Of a stretch of 64,000 nucleotides of DNA, positions 14,610-27,840 are shown in pieces. This DNA is from Octopus vulgaris. Taxonomy: Eukaryota. The notes under the pieces are model-generated. The model was given only the letters and a program-made list of their open reading frames with translations. It had not been told where the DNA came from and did not search any database. The position numbers were made by a program, and so were the translations under genes. Position 1 is the stretch's first letter, and each line of letters begins with the position of its first letter. Location: NCBI GenBank assembly GCA_951406725.2, contig OX597815.1, forward strand, positions 66,402,001 through 66,466,000, given 5' to 3'.

Positions 14610-14829
14610 CAGGGTGCACCAGAAGTAATGCCCTTTTGTATTTGAATTTTCTTGTTTCTAATTGCGTTTTTTTTTATTTCCTAAAACTTCTGTGATTTTT
14701 TCATTAGTTTATTATTCATTTGTTTAAGTAATGCAAAAAGTTTGTGTTCAATAAAAATTTTTTTAATAAACATGTATATACTATGAAAGTTATTAAATGT
14801 ATAAAGGGCATTACTTCTGCTGCACCCTG
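14610..14829. mobile_element. Tc1/mariner-type MITE (220 bp)
   Basis: TIRs cagggtgcaccagaagtaatgcccttt / aaagggcattacttctgctgcaccctg (one mismatch), TA on both sides. Confidence 0.9.
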
Positions 14830-15078
14830 TATATATATATATATATATATACATATGTTTGTGTGTGTGTGTGCATATATATATATATATGTATATTTAT
14901 GAGCATCTGCATGTGTGCATGTACATAATTTTCTTCTTTTTCCTTGCTTCCAAAATATTTATGGAAACCTACATGTACATAATACAATATAAAATGTATG
15001 TAATCATGTATACAAACAGTTTTATCAGAGTTATGCTCTATATCAGGTTTGTCTTTTTCTTAAGGTTCTGAATCTCAT

Positions 15079-15129
<51 letters not shown>

Positions 15130-15703
15130 CTCTGTTCTGTTTCAGCATGCCATAGATTGGAGTGAAATGAAATTTAAGTATTTTCTTATTGTTTTGTGAA
15201 ACAAGACAGATTGTTATTGCATTTGTTTGTATTTTAAACGAAAAAAAAAAACATTTTCCTTTTGATTCAATTTTCTATAGTTCTTTATTTAATCAAATAT
15301 TTCATGGAATTTGTTAAAAAAAATTTTGTAAAGACTTCTTGGATAATTCAGAAAATTACTGATTTTTGTTTTGTGGTGAGTTTGTCTCTACTAAAGATAT
15401 TATCTGATATTTCATTCAATGTTTTGTGCCCTCCTTACCATGACCACCACCTTCATAAATTTCCTACGAAAAATATCAATAGTTGAAAATGAAGTACAGG
15501 TCATTCAAGTTTTGAAATTATAAAATGTAACATATTAGTGTTAAGTCTCTTGGGCAAGAAAGTTCATTCTAGTTACCTACATCTACTTGGTAGATTAACA
15601 AATAAAGGAGGAAAAAATATTAATTTCAATTTATGAAGAAAGAATTGTTAGACAGAATAGTAATGTTCATCTCACCTTCAGGCTCGCTCTGTATGCAGAG
15701 ATA

Positions 15704-16924
15704 CAAGGAGGTACCCGAAAGAAACCAAAATTTTGCAATATTATTTTATTCCCTTAATTTTTATGTTTTATATGAAGCAGTGCATCAGTCCAGATGCATT
15801 TTCCACTGTTTGAAGTAGTCCTAGAACTCTTGTGAAGTGATGCCTTTTAACACCTCCATTTTTTTCCTCACCTCTTCCACATCTACAAAACGCTTTCCTT
15901 TTAAGGACTTTTTTCATTCAGGGGAACAAAAAAATAGTTCAGGGAGCAAGATCAGGTGATTAAAGAGGGTGGGTAAATGGGGTCATGCCATTTTTGGTAA
16001 AAAAACTGTCTAACACTCAAGCTGATATGCAAAGGTGCATTGTCATGATGAAATTATCACTCTCGACTTTGCCACTGGTCAAGATGTTTATGTCTCACCA
16101 CATCTTACAAACACTTCAGAACTGGCAAGTAAAATGTCTAGTGAACAGTTTGATCAGGAGGAACAAATACTGTGTGGATAATTCCTTTTGATGAAACAAA
16201 TCGGTATTGTCTTGACATTGGACTTCACTTGATGCACTTTTGTGGGGCATGGTGGTATTGAATGCTTCCATTGATTTGATTGCAGCCTTGTTTCTGGATT
16301 GTAGCTGTAGCACCAGCTTTCATCACCAGTGATGACATTCAAATAAAGGTCCAGATCAACTTCCAACTGTTCTTTCAGTTCACAACATGCATTCAGTCAT
16401 GACTGCTTTTGATCTTCCATGAGCAAAAGAGGCATGAATTTTGCTGCAATTCTTTTCATTCGCAATTCCTCACTTAAAATTCATTGGCAGGAGCTCTAGA
16501 ACACATCAGCCATTTCAACAAGTCTGTCAATTATTCGGCAATTTTCATGATGTTTTCATTCATTTGGGAGGTCAGTGGTTGTCCTGAACAAGATTGGTCC
16601 TCAAGCAACAAATGACCATTCCTAAAGAGTGAAAACCACTCAAAAACTTGTTTTGCTCACGGCAGCATCCTTGTAAGCTGTTTGAAGCATGACAACTGTT
16701 TCAGTCACCATTTCCTCCAGCAGAAAACAGAATTTCACAGAAGCATGCTGTTCCTTCATTTCAGCCATTGCAAAAATGAACAAACAGGGGAAAAGCACTG
16801 CAAAACAAAGACGCACCATGAGGCAGTACGACTCCATCCAACAGCAACGGGTGGCAGACTGATGCCTGAGGATAGCAACAAGTGGCTTCTAGAACATTTC
16901 CAGTTACTTTTGGGTACCCCCTCG
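15704..16924 (-). mobile_element. Near full-length degenerate mariner transposon
   Basis: TA-flanked TIRs (caaggaggtacccgaaag / cttttgggtaccccctcg). Transposase remnants KFCFLLEEMVTETVVMLQTAY, VITGDESWCYSYNPETRLQSNQW and SPDLAP, with stops and frameshifts. Confidence 0.9.
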
Positions 16925-17177
16925 TAAGTGTGTGATGTGAGAGAGAGATTTCTTAGATTGCCTCTATAACCTGTTATCCATCAGTACTTCAATGATTGAG
17001 TGATAGCCTCCTCTCATAACCATACTGTGAATTTTAGTTTAGAGAGGCTTTACTCCTTAGAGTGAAGATGCAAAAGATATGCATTGATACACACACACAC
17101 ACACATATATATATACACTTTGTTTTTAATTTTGATTTGTAAGATATTTTGATGTGAATTTGTGTTGAAAGAAATCT

Positions 17178-17860
17178 TGTGTGTAGGGAGTGTCATTACA
17201 CCAATAAAAATTAAAATAAACACACACACACTGGTTCAGTGCCACATCTTTATTTTCCAACTAACAACAGTAAATAATAGAACCACAGCACCACTGCCAC
17301 TACCCATGCAACACATACACATTATGGGCAGGAGGGCATACATAGGTATAAATCAGTATATATAGAGTAGTATTAGAATGGCAGCAGGATACACAGAAAT
17401 TCATAAAGATAAATGAATGTAATTATGAACAATTCCAGTACACAACCATATATATCAATGCACATGCATACACATGTGAAAATACACACACAAACATACA
17501 CAGACACCTTTTCAAAAAACTACAGGCTACACCACACCCACATGAAAGCACATGCACACATACGCAAATATGTGCACACATACATACATCAGTAAACACT
17601 TACACATCAACATACACATACATAGGCATAAGACTTGTTCTCAGACAGACTCAAAGGAGACCTTTGAAGAGAGAGTGCATGTCATTGATGAGGTTGCGAA
17701 TAGCAACGAAAGGACTCTGACAGAGAAAAACTAACAACCAATTGATTGTTCAATCAACATTAACCATTAGATAGTTAGTTGGTAAAATAAAGATGTGGTA
17801 TTGAATCAGTGTGTGTGTGTGTTTTAATTTTTACTGGTATAATGATCCTCCCTAGACAAC
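17178..17860. mobile_element. Non-coding inverted-repeat element carrying a minimal hammerhead; probable non-autonomous Penelope-like derivative
   Basis: ~95-bp arms at 17180-17275 and 17764-17858 are reverse complements (tagggag..tcatta.acca.taaaaattaaaa..acacacacactg.ttca.t.ccacatctttatttt.ccaactaac). CA-rich interior with a hammerhead motif at 17680. Confidence 0.7.
17680..17722 (+). ncRNA. Minimal type I hammerhead ribozyme motif (slightly degenerate)
   Basis: tgtca-(t)TGATGA-g-gttgc[gaata]gcaac-GAAA-ggac-TC-tgaca. Stem I 5 bp, stem II 5 bp, very short stem III, UC cleavage site; C3 is replaced by U. Confidence 0.75.
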
Positions 17861-18654
17861 AACAACAAAAATACATATATGCCAGCATGGTATATATATA
17901 TATATATGTGATAATGATAATATATAAGATCTCTGCATAGTACTATAAAGGTCCCAGTTTCTTTAGCCATAGTAAGAACCCAATAAGGTTTAAGGGTCAA
18001 CTGATTTTCAAAAATTTACCAAAAAACAGATTTACAAGCTGTAGATGTGGTTGTGTTCAAAGAATATTTAAACAAATTTTTATTTGATGTACCTGCTGAA
18101 TTCAGATTACAGCAAAGATATGTAAATGGAGGTGCCATTGTTCAACTGCCTCATTCATCAAAACTAAACACAGAGAGAAGGCAGTGGAAATGAAATGAAA
18201 TAAACAGTGTCCCAGCATGGGTACAACCTCTGGCTGAAACAGGTTGAGACTGGAAACAGCTTGCTTGTGCAGTTAGTTGAATACTCTGCATATCCATAAA
18301 TGGCATCCATACCAGTAGATTTCAGGGATTATCAGCAGATGTTGGGCACTTTCCTCTTGCTTTCACAGCACACTAGCTACCTCTCACTGATGTAAGGCCC
18401 CCACCTACTGAATCAACTGACTACTATTCAATCTCAAGTCCATTTTTGAGATCTTCACCACCATTCAAATTGTGGAATCATGTGGGTCTAACTTGTCATA
18501 TAGATAAACAGGTACTTGCCTTACACCCACACATCACCTCCAACCAGGTTTTATCATACATTTTCAGTTGTATCCAATCACCAGCTCTCTCATATATTGG
18601 CTGGATTTCTTTCAAAAAGGTTTTTTTTTAACAATATTTGATGTTAACTGATAG

Positions 18655-19225
18655 CAGTCACCATCTTAGTCTGATTCCAATAAAACCCCTGCATCCAGCT
18701 TCTACCGGAAAGTGTACTGCACAGCAACCAGCATCTTCACAGTCTTCTAGTAGCATCACATAACACTTGTCTTTTTTATCCTGAGTTGCATCTATATTGT
18801 CTTTATGTAGAACAGTTAATTCAACAAGGTGTACTATTTTATGTTTCTCACACCAGATTGCCATATCTGGCTTCTTCCTTCTTGGTGTTAAAAAGAGGCA
18901 TTCACACTCTAAACGATCAGCTACCACCTCCCAAATTCTGTCCCAGTTCTTGCCTTTCACAGCTTTCCCCTGTTTTGGGTAATCATCTTGAACCTGATAA
19001 ACAAATGTGATAAACTATTCACTGCCATTCTTTGGTGGTTTCTTGTTGCCATTGATCATTTCTATTGTTTTCTTGGCAGTGCTATAGTAGATTTTGAGAA
19101 CTTTATGATGTCTCCATGTACACTTTTCCAGTGCCACTGAGCTGTTAGATAGACTATACTTTAGTATGCTGACTTTTCCACATCTACATTTGTTATCATT
19201 TGCTATTTTCCAGGTAAAAGATTAT
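18655..19225 (-). mobile_element. 3' remnant of an RLE-type non-LTR retrotransposon (Hero/NeSL-like): decayed CCHC knuckle plus PD-(D/E)xK endonuclease
   Basis: CRCGKVSILK...ALEKCTWRHHKVL, then KPDMAIWCEKHKIVHLVELTV...FPVEAGCRGFIG, matching the RPD..W..V.L.ELTVP..PVEVGCRGF signature. Confidence 0.8.
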
Positions 19226-19484
19226 TAATGATCAATACCTCTGAGAAGAGGTCAGTCAGTTCAGATTTGCTGAAGTTAATTATTGACTGGTTTATTGATG
19301 AAGGATGGGAAAATGATAACATAACAAAGAAAAATTATTTCAATAAATAATGTTTTATATCTATTGGTTTGAAATGTAACATGTATATATTTAGTAGGTA
19401 GCTATGACATATCTTGGCTAGATATGCAAGAGTAGGGTAAAATATGAACATGTGAAATACTTAAATGAAAGTATGCCTTGCCTT

Positions 19485-20110
19485 GTCTATTCTCACCTTC
19501 GTTGCTTGAGGATCAGTGACTGTAGATGCATGCACCATCTCTCTTTCCATTAATTCCTGCTTCTGGCCATGGTTGTGCATTCAGCTAGAGGTCTTCCAGA
19601 CCATTCTTTGATGTGGTCTGGCCAGCATCTTCTCAGTTTCTTCTTCCTTTTCCATTGGCTCTTACCTCTAGAATATATGTGCTGAGGTTCTGAGCCCCAA
19701 AGTACTGCAGCTTTCTCTTCCTGATCCTATTTCTCAAGTACAGACTCATTCAATGGTCAGCGCAGCTGATCCTCAGTATTCTTCAGTAACATGTTGTTTC
19801 AAATGCTTTGAGCTTGGTTGGGTCATTTGCTCTTAGGCTCAAGCTTTCACATCCACTACAACAGATCAAACTAGTATCTTCAGGATTTTTAATTTGATGT
19901 TCATGTTAAAAGTTGTCTTTCCAGATTGTAATAAGTGATTTTTAAGGCTGATCTTGCTGCCCCAAGCCATGCTCTTATCTTTTGGCCTCTGTCTCCTGAC
20001 TGATCTATAATAACACCCGGTTATTTGAACTTGGTGACTAGTTCAAAGGTAACTCCTTGGCATTGGATGATGAGTTGTTCTGGTGTTTTTGTCACTGCCA
20101 TGACTTATCT
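19485..20110 (-). mobile_element. RTE-clade LINE 3' remnant
   Basis: Decayed FK(Y)xG, GCES(W), KAFETTCY*RILRIS and KLQYFG motifs of the RTE RT C-terminal region. Confidence 0.65.
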
Positions 20111-20574
20111 TTTATGGTCTCGTTAAACAAATCAGAAAGTGTGATAGAGAGATCAATAACAGATAATTTAACATACTATCAATAATTTTAATATATTAAA
20201 GCTACTTAAGTGGATTCATTAGGGTATTGTTTAATAAACTACATATTAGAGAAAAAAGATAAACATTATGAAGTTAAAAGAGGATGTATTTTAAAATTCC
20301 AATGTGCATGCTTTTGTAATGCACAAAGAAATGTATTGTATTTTTCCAAATGGGAGTTCCTATCTTAGATATTGGTAAGTTTATAATTGAGAAATATTTG
20401 TATAAGCATAAAATGGATGATTACCCTGTCTGATGCACAGTAACATAGTCTAAATAAATTACTCTTGAGAGTTAACTTCAAACATTGATACAAGTAAAGT
20501 TATGTGGTACAACAACAGTGACCATACGATAACAGCCATATTATATTCTACTCTATCATGTATCAAGCTCCCTT

Positions 20575-22930
20575 TTAATCCTTTAGCATTCAGATTATTC
20601 TGTCACATATAATGCTGAGTCTTCTCTGCAATTAATCTTGAAATTCTAACCGAGGCTTCTGCGCTTCTGGACTGGCGATCCCTGATGACGTTGTCCTCTG
20701 TTGATGAACTATGGTCATCCCTCAAAGCATATGTAATCTGTTTGACTGACCAGGCAGTTCCCGTTGGGCTTTCCAAGAAGAAGAAACACAAGCCCTGGGT
20801 GACGAAGAAGGTTAAACGAGAACGTCGACTCAGAGATATTGCTTGGGCTGAATTCAAAAATCTGGATTCGACTGCAGCTTTTGAGGTGTACAAAACTCAA
20901 CGAGACCGAGCCATGAAAATTGAAATGAAAGAACGCTTCAGTTATGAATACAAAATCGCGGCAAATGCCAGTAGCAATCCAAAAACCTTCTTTGCCCATG
21001 TCCAGCGGAATTCCCGCTTGAACAACCAAATGCAACGTTGGTAGACTCAACAGGCGTATCGATTGAGGACCCTTATCAACAGAGTCAATTATTTGCCGAG
21101 GCTTTTTCAACTATTTTCAAACAAGATGATGGTCGTGAACCCCTCTATTTGATAGATCGGTACCTCCAATGCTTCGATTGGTCATCACGCGGGACGAAGT
21201 CAAACATGTTTTTCAAGGCCTCGATGTCAACAAGGGTCACGGCCCTGACGGCATACACCCACGGGTTATCAAAGCGTTGGCTCCGGTCATCTGCAAGCCC
21301 TTAACACGACTATTCAATATGTCATTGGCGACGGGTGTTATACCTGCAGACTGGAGAACAGCGATAATCTGCCCAATTTTCAAGAAAGGGAGCCGCGAAG
21401 ACCCGCTTAACTACCGACCGGTTTCCCTTACATCAATAATCAGCAAGATGTTCGAAACCATCCTTAAGAAAGGTATGATGCTCCACCTCCTAAACACAGC
21501 CTCTATCTCTGATTCCCAACACAGCTTCGTGCCGAAGAGATCATGCTTGACCAACTTACTAGTAATGGAAGAATTGGTGACGCGCATCCTCGATGATAGT
21601 GATGCTGTTGACATCGTTTTATTGGACTTTGCCAAAGCTTTTGACTCGGTAAACCACCGCCTATTACTTGTCAAGCTTCAAGCATATAGTTTCCATCCGG
21701 ATATTATATGATGGGTTGGTGCCTTCCTCTCAGATCGCTCCTTCCAAGTCCAAGTTAATGGTTTGCGGTCCGACGTTTCCAGTGCGAGCAGTGGCATGCC
21801 TCAAGGTTCAGTGCTTGGGCCCTTGTTGTTCTTAGTCTTCATAAATGACTTGCCCGACGACCTCACGCAACACATCCTATTTGCCGACGATATCAAACTG
21901 GTCGCTCCTCGTGGTAATATAGAGGATCTTCGTCGATGCCTCCACCAAATTTGGAAGTGGTCTAACGATTGGGACCTGTGTCTGAACGTGTCAAAGTGCT
22001 GTCATCTGCCTGTCGGCTCTACTCCTGCAACTCAACTTGATTTCGAGCTGGGTCGTCTGCTGCTGGAGAGGACCGATCAGGTAAAGGACCTGGGTATCTT
22101 GGTGGATTCCTCCTTTTCGCCTTCGGCCCAGTGCGTCCATGCTGCCAACAAAGCATGCGGAATTCTGTTCTTGATTCGACAGTTATTCGGAATGCTCACA
22201 GCAGCCATATTCCTACCACTCTTTGTCACGCTGGTGAGACCCATATTGGAGTATGGGATTCAAGCCTCTTCTCCTTATCTCCTCAAAGACATACAGCATC
22301 TCAAAAGAGTCCAGAAGCTGGCTACCCACATGGTTCATGGTCTCAAAAATTTGTCCTACGAAGAAAGGCTGAGGACGATCGACCTTTATTCTCTTGAAAA
22401 ACGCCGCCACCGTGGTGATCTCATTCTTGCCCACAACATCATAAGCTGAAAGTGTAACCTCTCGAAAGAGCTGTTCTTCACTCCTGCTCCAGAGCGTCGG
22501 CTGCGGGGTCATTCCGAAAAGCTCTACCTGCGACGATTTCATCTCAATCGAAGGAGAGGAGCTTTCTCCATCCGGGTTGCGGATCCGTGGAACAAGCTGC
22601 CAGACAAGATGGTGAAGATGCCGACGATCGCTTTGTTCAAAGCCTCCTTGGACCTCAAGTGGCCTGAACTCTTTACATGAACACCACCCTGTACTTAACT
22701 CCATGTCCCCCTACATGGCCTTGCTATTTGCTTTTGAGCCAAATTAACTAACTAACTAACTAACATTATTTTGAATTAATCTCATAGCTTTGAGATTTCA
22801 ATATGATTGTTTATTTTTAGAATGACAGTGTAGGGTAGGTGTGAGAAGCTGGATATGACTAGTTTGAATAAAAAAAAAATAGACAGAATATTTCGGCCAG
22901 ATATGGCTGGTTTGAATACTCAAGGATTAA
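20575..22930. mobile_element. TTAA-flanked piggyBac-like MITE split by the LINE insertion
   Basis: Left end TTAA-tcctttagcattc; right end gaatactcaagga-TTAA. The two flanks join into a sequence similar to the uninterrupted fragment at ~28720 (ttaaccctttagcactcacattactctgtcaaacataatg...acattt). Confidence 0.65.
20617..22764 (+). mobile_element. 5'-truncated CR1/L2-group LINE (ORF2 RT region) with a few inactivating lesions and a (TAAC)n tail
   Basis: NPKTFFAHV, GPDGIHPRVIK, PIFKKGSREDPLNYRPVSLTS, DFAKAFDSVNH, GMPQGSVLGPLLFLVFINDL, FADD, LEKRRHRGDLI, WNKLP. Frameshifts near 21030-21170, TGA at 21709 and 22447. Ends ttaactaactaactaactaac. Confidence 0.92.
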
Positions 22931-23019
22931 ATCTTTCCTTTTTTCCCAATGACCAGAGTCAAAAACAACTCAAAAGGCAAACTACCCATCTTCCATCTAC
23001 AAAGGTGAGCCAAAAATTT

Positions 23020-23805
23020 CATAGGCGCGCTATGAAGGAGTGATGCTAGAGCTGTGAAATCTTGCATATATTAATTTCAACCTTTCTTATTAAAAACTGC
23101 ATTGTTTCTTTCCAAGTAAATTGACATCTGACTGTTCAAAAACTTCAAATGTAGCTAGGAGCAACTTCTCTTGAAAAATTAAACAAAATTTGGCATCATA
23201 GTGTTATCAAGTACCTACAAACAAACATGTTTAACCTCCAAGGACATTCATGCTCACATGGTTCTTACATTAGAGGATGACACTACAGCTTTATTAACAA
23301 TGTAAAAGTGGACAGCTGAATTTAGGAGGGAAAAAGAGAGTATTGAAGATGACTCAAGGTCACCACCTAGGAAAACATTTGTGTTCACCACATGGTGATA
23401 GATGACAGGCAATTGACTATAAATCAAATAGCCTATGCTATTAGCATATCCCATTAGAGAATTGAGAATATTTTGTACAATGAACTTGGTATGACAAAGG
23501 TTTCTGTTCAGTGGGTTCCACGTCTTCTGACACCTGATCAAAAGCAAACCAGCCTGATCACATCACAGGAAAATTTGATAGTGTTTCAGGCAGATTCAGC
23601 TGGTTTCCTAACCCAAAAGAGAAAGAGACAATCCATGCAGTGAGAACACCCCTCCTGACTTGCTCCAAAGAAAACCAAGGTCGTTTCATCTACAGTTTTT
23701 TGGAATGCAGAAGGCATTGCTTATAGACTATCTTCAAAAGGGTCACACTATCAGTGAAGATTACCATGCCAACTTGCTGAATCACTTACAAAAGGCTATC
23801 AAGGC
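23020..23805 (+). mobile_element. Decayed mariner transposase fragment
   Basis: VIKYLQ, ILYNELGMTKVSVQWVPRLLTPDQK and IDYLQKGHTISEDYHANLL mariner motifs. Confidence 0.8.
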
Positions 23806-26149
23806 CACTCCCTGCTTGACTGACGCTTTATTCCACCCATAGATCCAGTCTATGGCTTACAACTGTTAGTTATGTAAAAATACCCAGTAGACAATTATAA
23901 TATCATAAAACCATGTATTTACCTCTTCAGCAATGCATCTGCTCTTGTCTCTCTATCACACTTTCACCTCCCTCAGTATTATACTCCCACTCAATCAAGA
24001 GTAGAGCTCAATGCAGCCCTCTGGCTTGTGAATTCATGCCAAACTGTCCAACCCATACCAACATAAGAAAAAGGGTGTTAATGATGATGATTCTCTATTT
24101 CTTCCCTCTCTCATCAAATACATTGTTTGAACATTGCTTTTAGGTAGACAGATATTTCAGTTTAGAAACCTTCCTATCCCAGTTTATCTTCTTTATCCAA
24201 GTTCACCAAGCTCATATCCTACAGTCAATAACTATCATTTGATGGTGACTGAACATTCTTTACTGGGGAAGGAGTATTCACAACCTCTGGTTGATTGTCA
24301 CATTTCTTGTGAATACAACACCTTCCTGGCTCACATGTTTATTTTGGTGAAAGACAATTGGCTTCCTGAAATTTGTATTACAAATGGTTAAGTCAAGTGT
24401 GTCATGAGAATTCTAAGAACATGAATCCATCTCCATTCTTTGTACCATGATCCTACTTTCCATCATCATCAAAATTACCATATTTATGTTGTCCATTAGA
24501 GTCACCAGTTGTAATAACAGGGTTGATATTATCTTCAAGTGGACCTTACAGAAATTGTGTTCTGCTCATCTGCCACTCATCACTACTATATAAAGACAGA
24601 ACAGTTATCATGACACAACTGAGTTGAATTATTCTGTCAGCACACTAACCTAAATCCTACAACTGAAAAGAAGAGATTTTTCACTGATGTCAGTATAGTA
24701 CTGCTGAATGTCTATCTGTTCCTAAAAAAAAAAAACAGTTCATCTTATCACATCAGTATTGTCAGTGAGGAGGGGTGGTCATACTTGGCTGCCCCACTGC
24801 TGTGTATAGTTCTAACAGTGTTAATCCTGCTGACATAAGTGGATGGGTTTTACAGCTTGATGCTCTTCCAACTGTTTCTACTTTATAACATATATAGGTT
24901 GATCCAAGAGAGGCTGTTTGCTATGGCTAAAGTCTGGACTCAAGTCTTCCCACTATTCCGTACTGGTGTTTTTTCAGTGTGTGCACAGACACAGGTATCA
25001 CTGTGTGGTTAAGAAGATCACTTTACAACCACATAGTTTAGAGTTCAGTCCCATTGAGTGACACCAAGCAACTGTCTTCTACTATAACCCCAAACCAACC
25101 AATGCCCTGTAAGTGAATTTCGTAAGCTATAGGAAGCCCATCAAATATGTATATATTTGTGTGTGTGTGTGCTTGCATGAATGTTCATGAAAGCTGACAT
25201 TCAACAGTTTTGATTGTCACTGCCCAAGTGAAACAATAATGTAATGTTTACAGTCCTTGTTGACATTGTGATTGATCATTGTATGTCTTCAAAGACTTGT
25301 AGAAAAAAAATAAAGTCCTTTATATGAAAATCAGTTACTGCTTGTGACAGTAAAAACCATCTTGCTGTAAATCTGGGAAAAAACACCAATACAGAGTAGA
25401 GGAGAGACTTGAGTCCAGGAAAACAGCCACTCCTGTACCAGTGGTAGGATAAAGTACATCATGTGCATGTTGTAATGTGCTTGCCAGTAGGAAGGCCTTC
25501 CAACAATAAATTCTGCCATTCTGCCTCAAATAAATCTCACCTAACCCATACTAGCCTGTAAAAACAGACATTAAGTAAACAAACTATACATATATATTAT
25601 TCTTTTACTCGCTTCAGTCATTTGACTATGGCCATGCTGGAGTACCACTTTGAAGGATTTTAGTCAAACAAATTGACCCCAGGACATTTTTTAAAGTCTA
25701 TTGGTCTCTTTTGCCAAACTGCTAAGTTACGGGAATGTAAACACACCAACACTTGTTGTCAAGCAGTGATGCGGGGGACAAAAACAGGCACAAAGACACA
25801 TATACGATGGGCTTCTTTCAGTTTCCATCAACCAAATCTACTCACAATGTATTTGTATATACACACACACACACACATATATATATATACATACACCAAG
25901 TTAAAAAATGTCTTGTAGACTTCCTGTTGGCATGCCTCTTCATTTATATCTTTTTCAGCAGTATGTGTGTAATTGCTGTCACATTTACTGACTGTTTTTA
26001 AATTTTTCACAAGACTGTCTCAGCCTTACTTTTGACAGACTACATTATCAGTAGCATCAAGAGTTGATGTAATATTCAAAAACAACAGTTATCCTAAAAT
26101 TATTCATAAACATATCTTGTCTTAGGTCCTGAACTATCAATGTAGTTGT

Positions 26150-26470
26150 AAGGGTGTCATGACACACTGTACACTGGTTTTCTTCATGTCAAGACAATGT
26201 GCCACATACAATTTGCCTGTCTATTCTTTGATGTTGTCCGTCCATCATTTCCTCTGTCCACCTCTATTTCTTTTTCCTTTAACAGTTCCTTGAAAAACGG
26301 GCTTTTGCAAGGTCATGAGATCTTATATAACCATACAATCTTGTCATCTCTGCTTCCTTTTTCTTCTTTGATGTGAGATCTTCAAGGGAGCCAATATGAT
26401 GCAGAGTGGTTTTGCAAAGCTGCTTATACATGATGTTGCTTAAGTGGGAAATGATTTTAATGTTGAAGTA
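26150..26470 (-). mobile_element. RTE LINE 3' remnant
   Basis: EMRCYFNIKIISH, RLYGYIRSHDLAK and a GQRK*WTDNIKE-like C-terminal motif. Confidence 0.6.
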
Positions 26471-26962
26471 GCATCTCATTTCCAATGCCTTGTGAGAGAA
26501 TTTGGTAGATGGAAACTCTGTGTGTGTGTGTATAGATTATCATTTTACATCCATGGTCCATGTGGGCATAGGTTGGACAGTTTAACAGGATCAGGTTCAA
26601 GGATTGCATCATGCTCCAATGTTCATTTCAGTGTGGTTTCTACAGCCGGCCACTTTACAAGGTATTCTGGGTGCTTTTTTTTATAGCACCAGCAAGCCTG
26701 CAAGACTAAGCTGCATGGTGAATGGAGTTACAATAGAGAGGGAGGCACTGTACCAAGATGTCTCACAGTGAGATTGAACCTAAAAGCACATGTTTGCAAT
26801 GCAAAATGTTTAGCCACAACAGGCACAGGTATGGCTGTGTGATTAAGCTGCTTGCGTCCCAACCATATGGACATGGGTTCAGTCATGTTATGTGGCACTT
26901 TTAGGTAAGTGTTTTCTTCTTGAGTGGATTTGGTAGATGAAAACTAAAATAAGCCCATCGTA

Positions 26963-27840
26963 TATAAGGGGGCACTCAAAACAAAAACAGAAATTTACAA
27001 TATTATTGTATTCACAGTTTTACATGTTTACACTTTTATCACTTTCAAAATATTCTCTCTTTGAAACAACTTTTCAGTCCAGACATGTTTTCCACTGTTG
27101 GAAGCAGAGCTGATACTCTTGTAAAGTGATGCTTTTTAACGCTTCTGTTGTTTTTTACTTCACCTCTTCCAAATTCGCAAATTCCATAGCACCAGCTTTT
27201 GTCACCAGTGAAGACCTTAAAAAAAAAAAAAAGGTCCAGATCAACCTCCAACTGTTCTTTCAGTTCACAACATGCATTCAGTCATGACTACTTTTGATCT
27301 TCCGTGAGCAAGCGAGGCACAAATTTTGCAGCAACTCTTTTCATTTGCAAATCCTCACTCTAAATTCGTTGACAGGAGCTCCAGGACACACCAGTCATAT
27401 CAACAAGTTCGTCAATTGTTTAGTGATGGTCCTCTAAGATCAGTTCATGAATTTTCATGATATTTTCATTCATTCAGGAGTTCAACAGTCGCCCTGAACA
27501 AGGTTGGTACCTAAAGCATGAAATCCTTAAAAACTTGTGTTTTGCTCATGGCAGTATCCTTGTAAGCTGTTAGAAGCGTGACAACTGTTTCGGCTGCCAT
27601 TTTCCCCAGCAGAAAACAAAATTTCATGGAAGCCATTTCAGCCATCACAAAAATTGACAGACAGGGAAGAAGCACTGCAAAACAAAAATGCACCATGTGG
27701 CAGTATGACCTCACCAAACAACACCAGTTGGCAGACTGATGCCTGTGGGTCACATCAAGTGGTTTCTAACAGCAGAAGCCTGAACTACAGCAGGCTTGTC
27801 CCACAAAGAACGCTTCCAGTTACTATTGGGTACAGCCTAT
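26963..27840 (-). mobile_element. Internally deleted mariner, same family as 15704-16924
   Basis: Colinear with the 15.7-16.9 kb copy (KFCFLLGKMAAETVVTLLTAY; VFTGDKSWCY) but lacks the catalytic middle; TIR remnants at both ends. Confidence 0.85.

Noticed and set aside
11486-15071. Long YIYI/HTHT ORFs (also 45974-53418)
   Set aside because: Translations of TA/CA microsatellites that simply lack stop codons.
21709-22449. In-frame TGA codons in the LINE as programmed readthrough
   Set aside because: Accompanied by frameshifts and 5' truncation; ordinary decay is sufficient.
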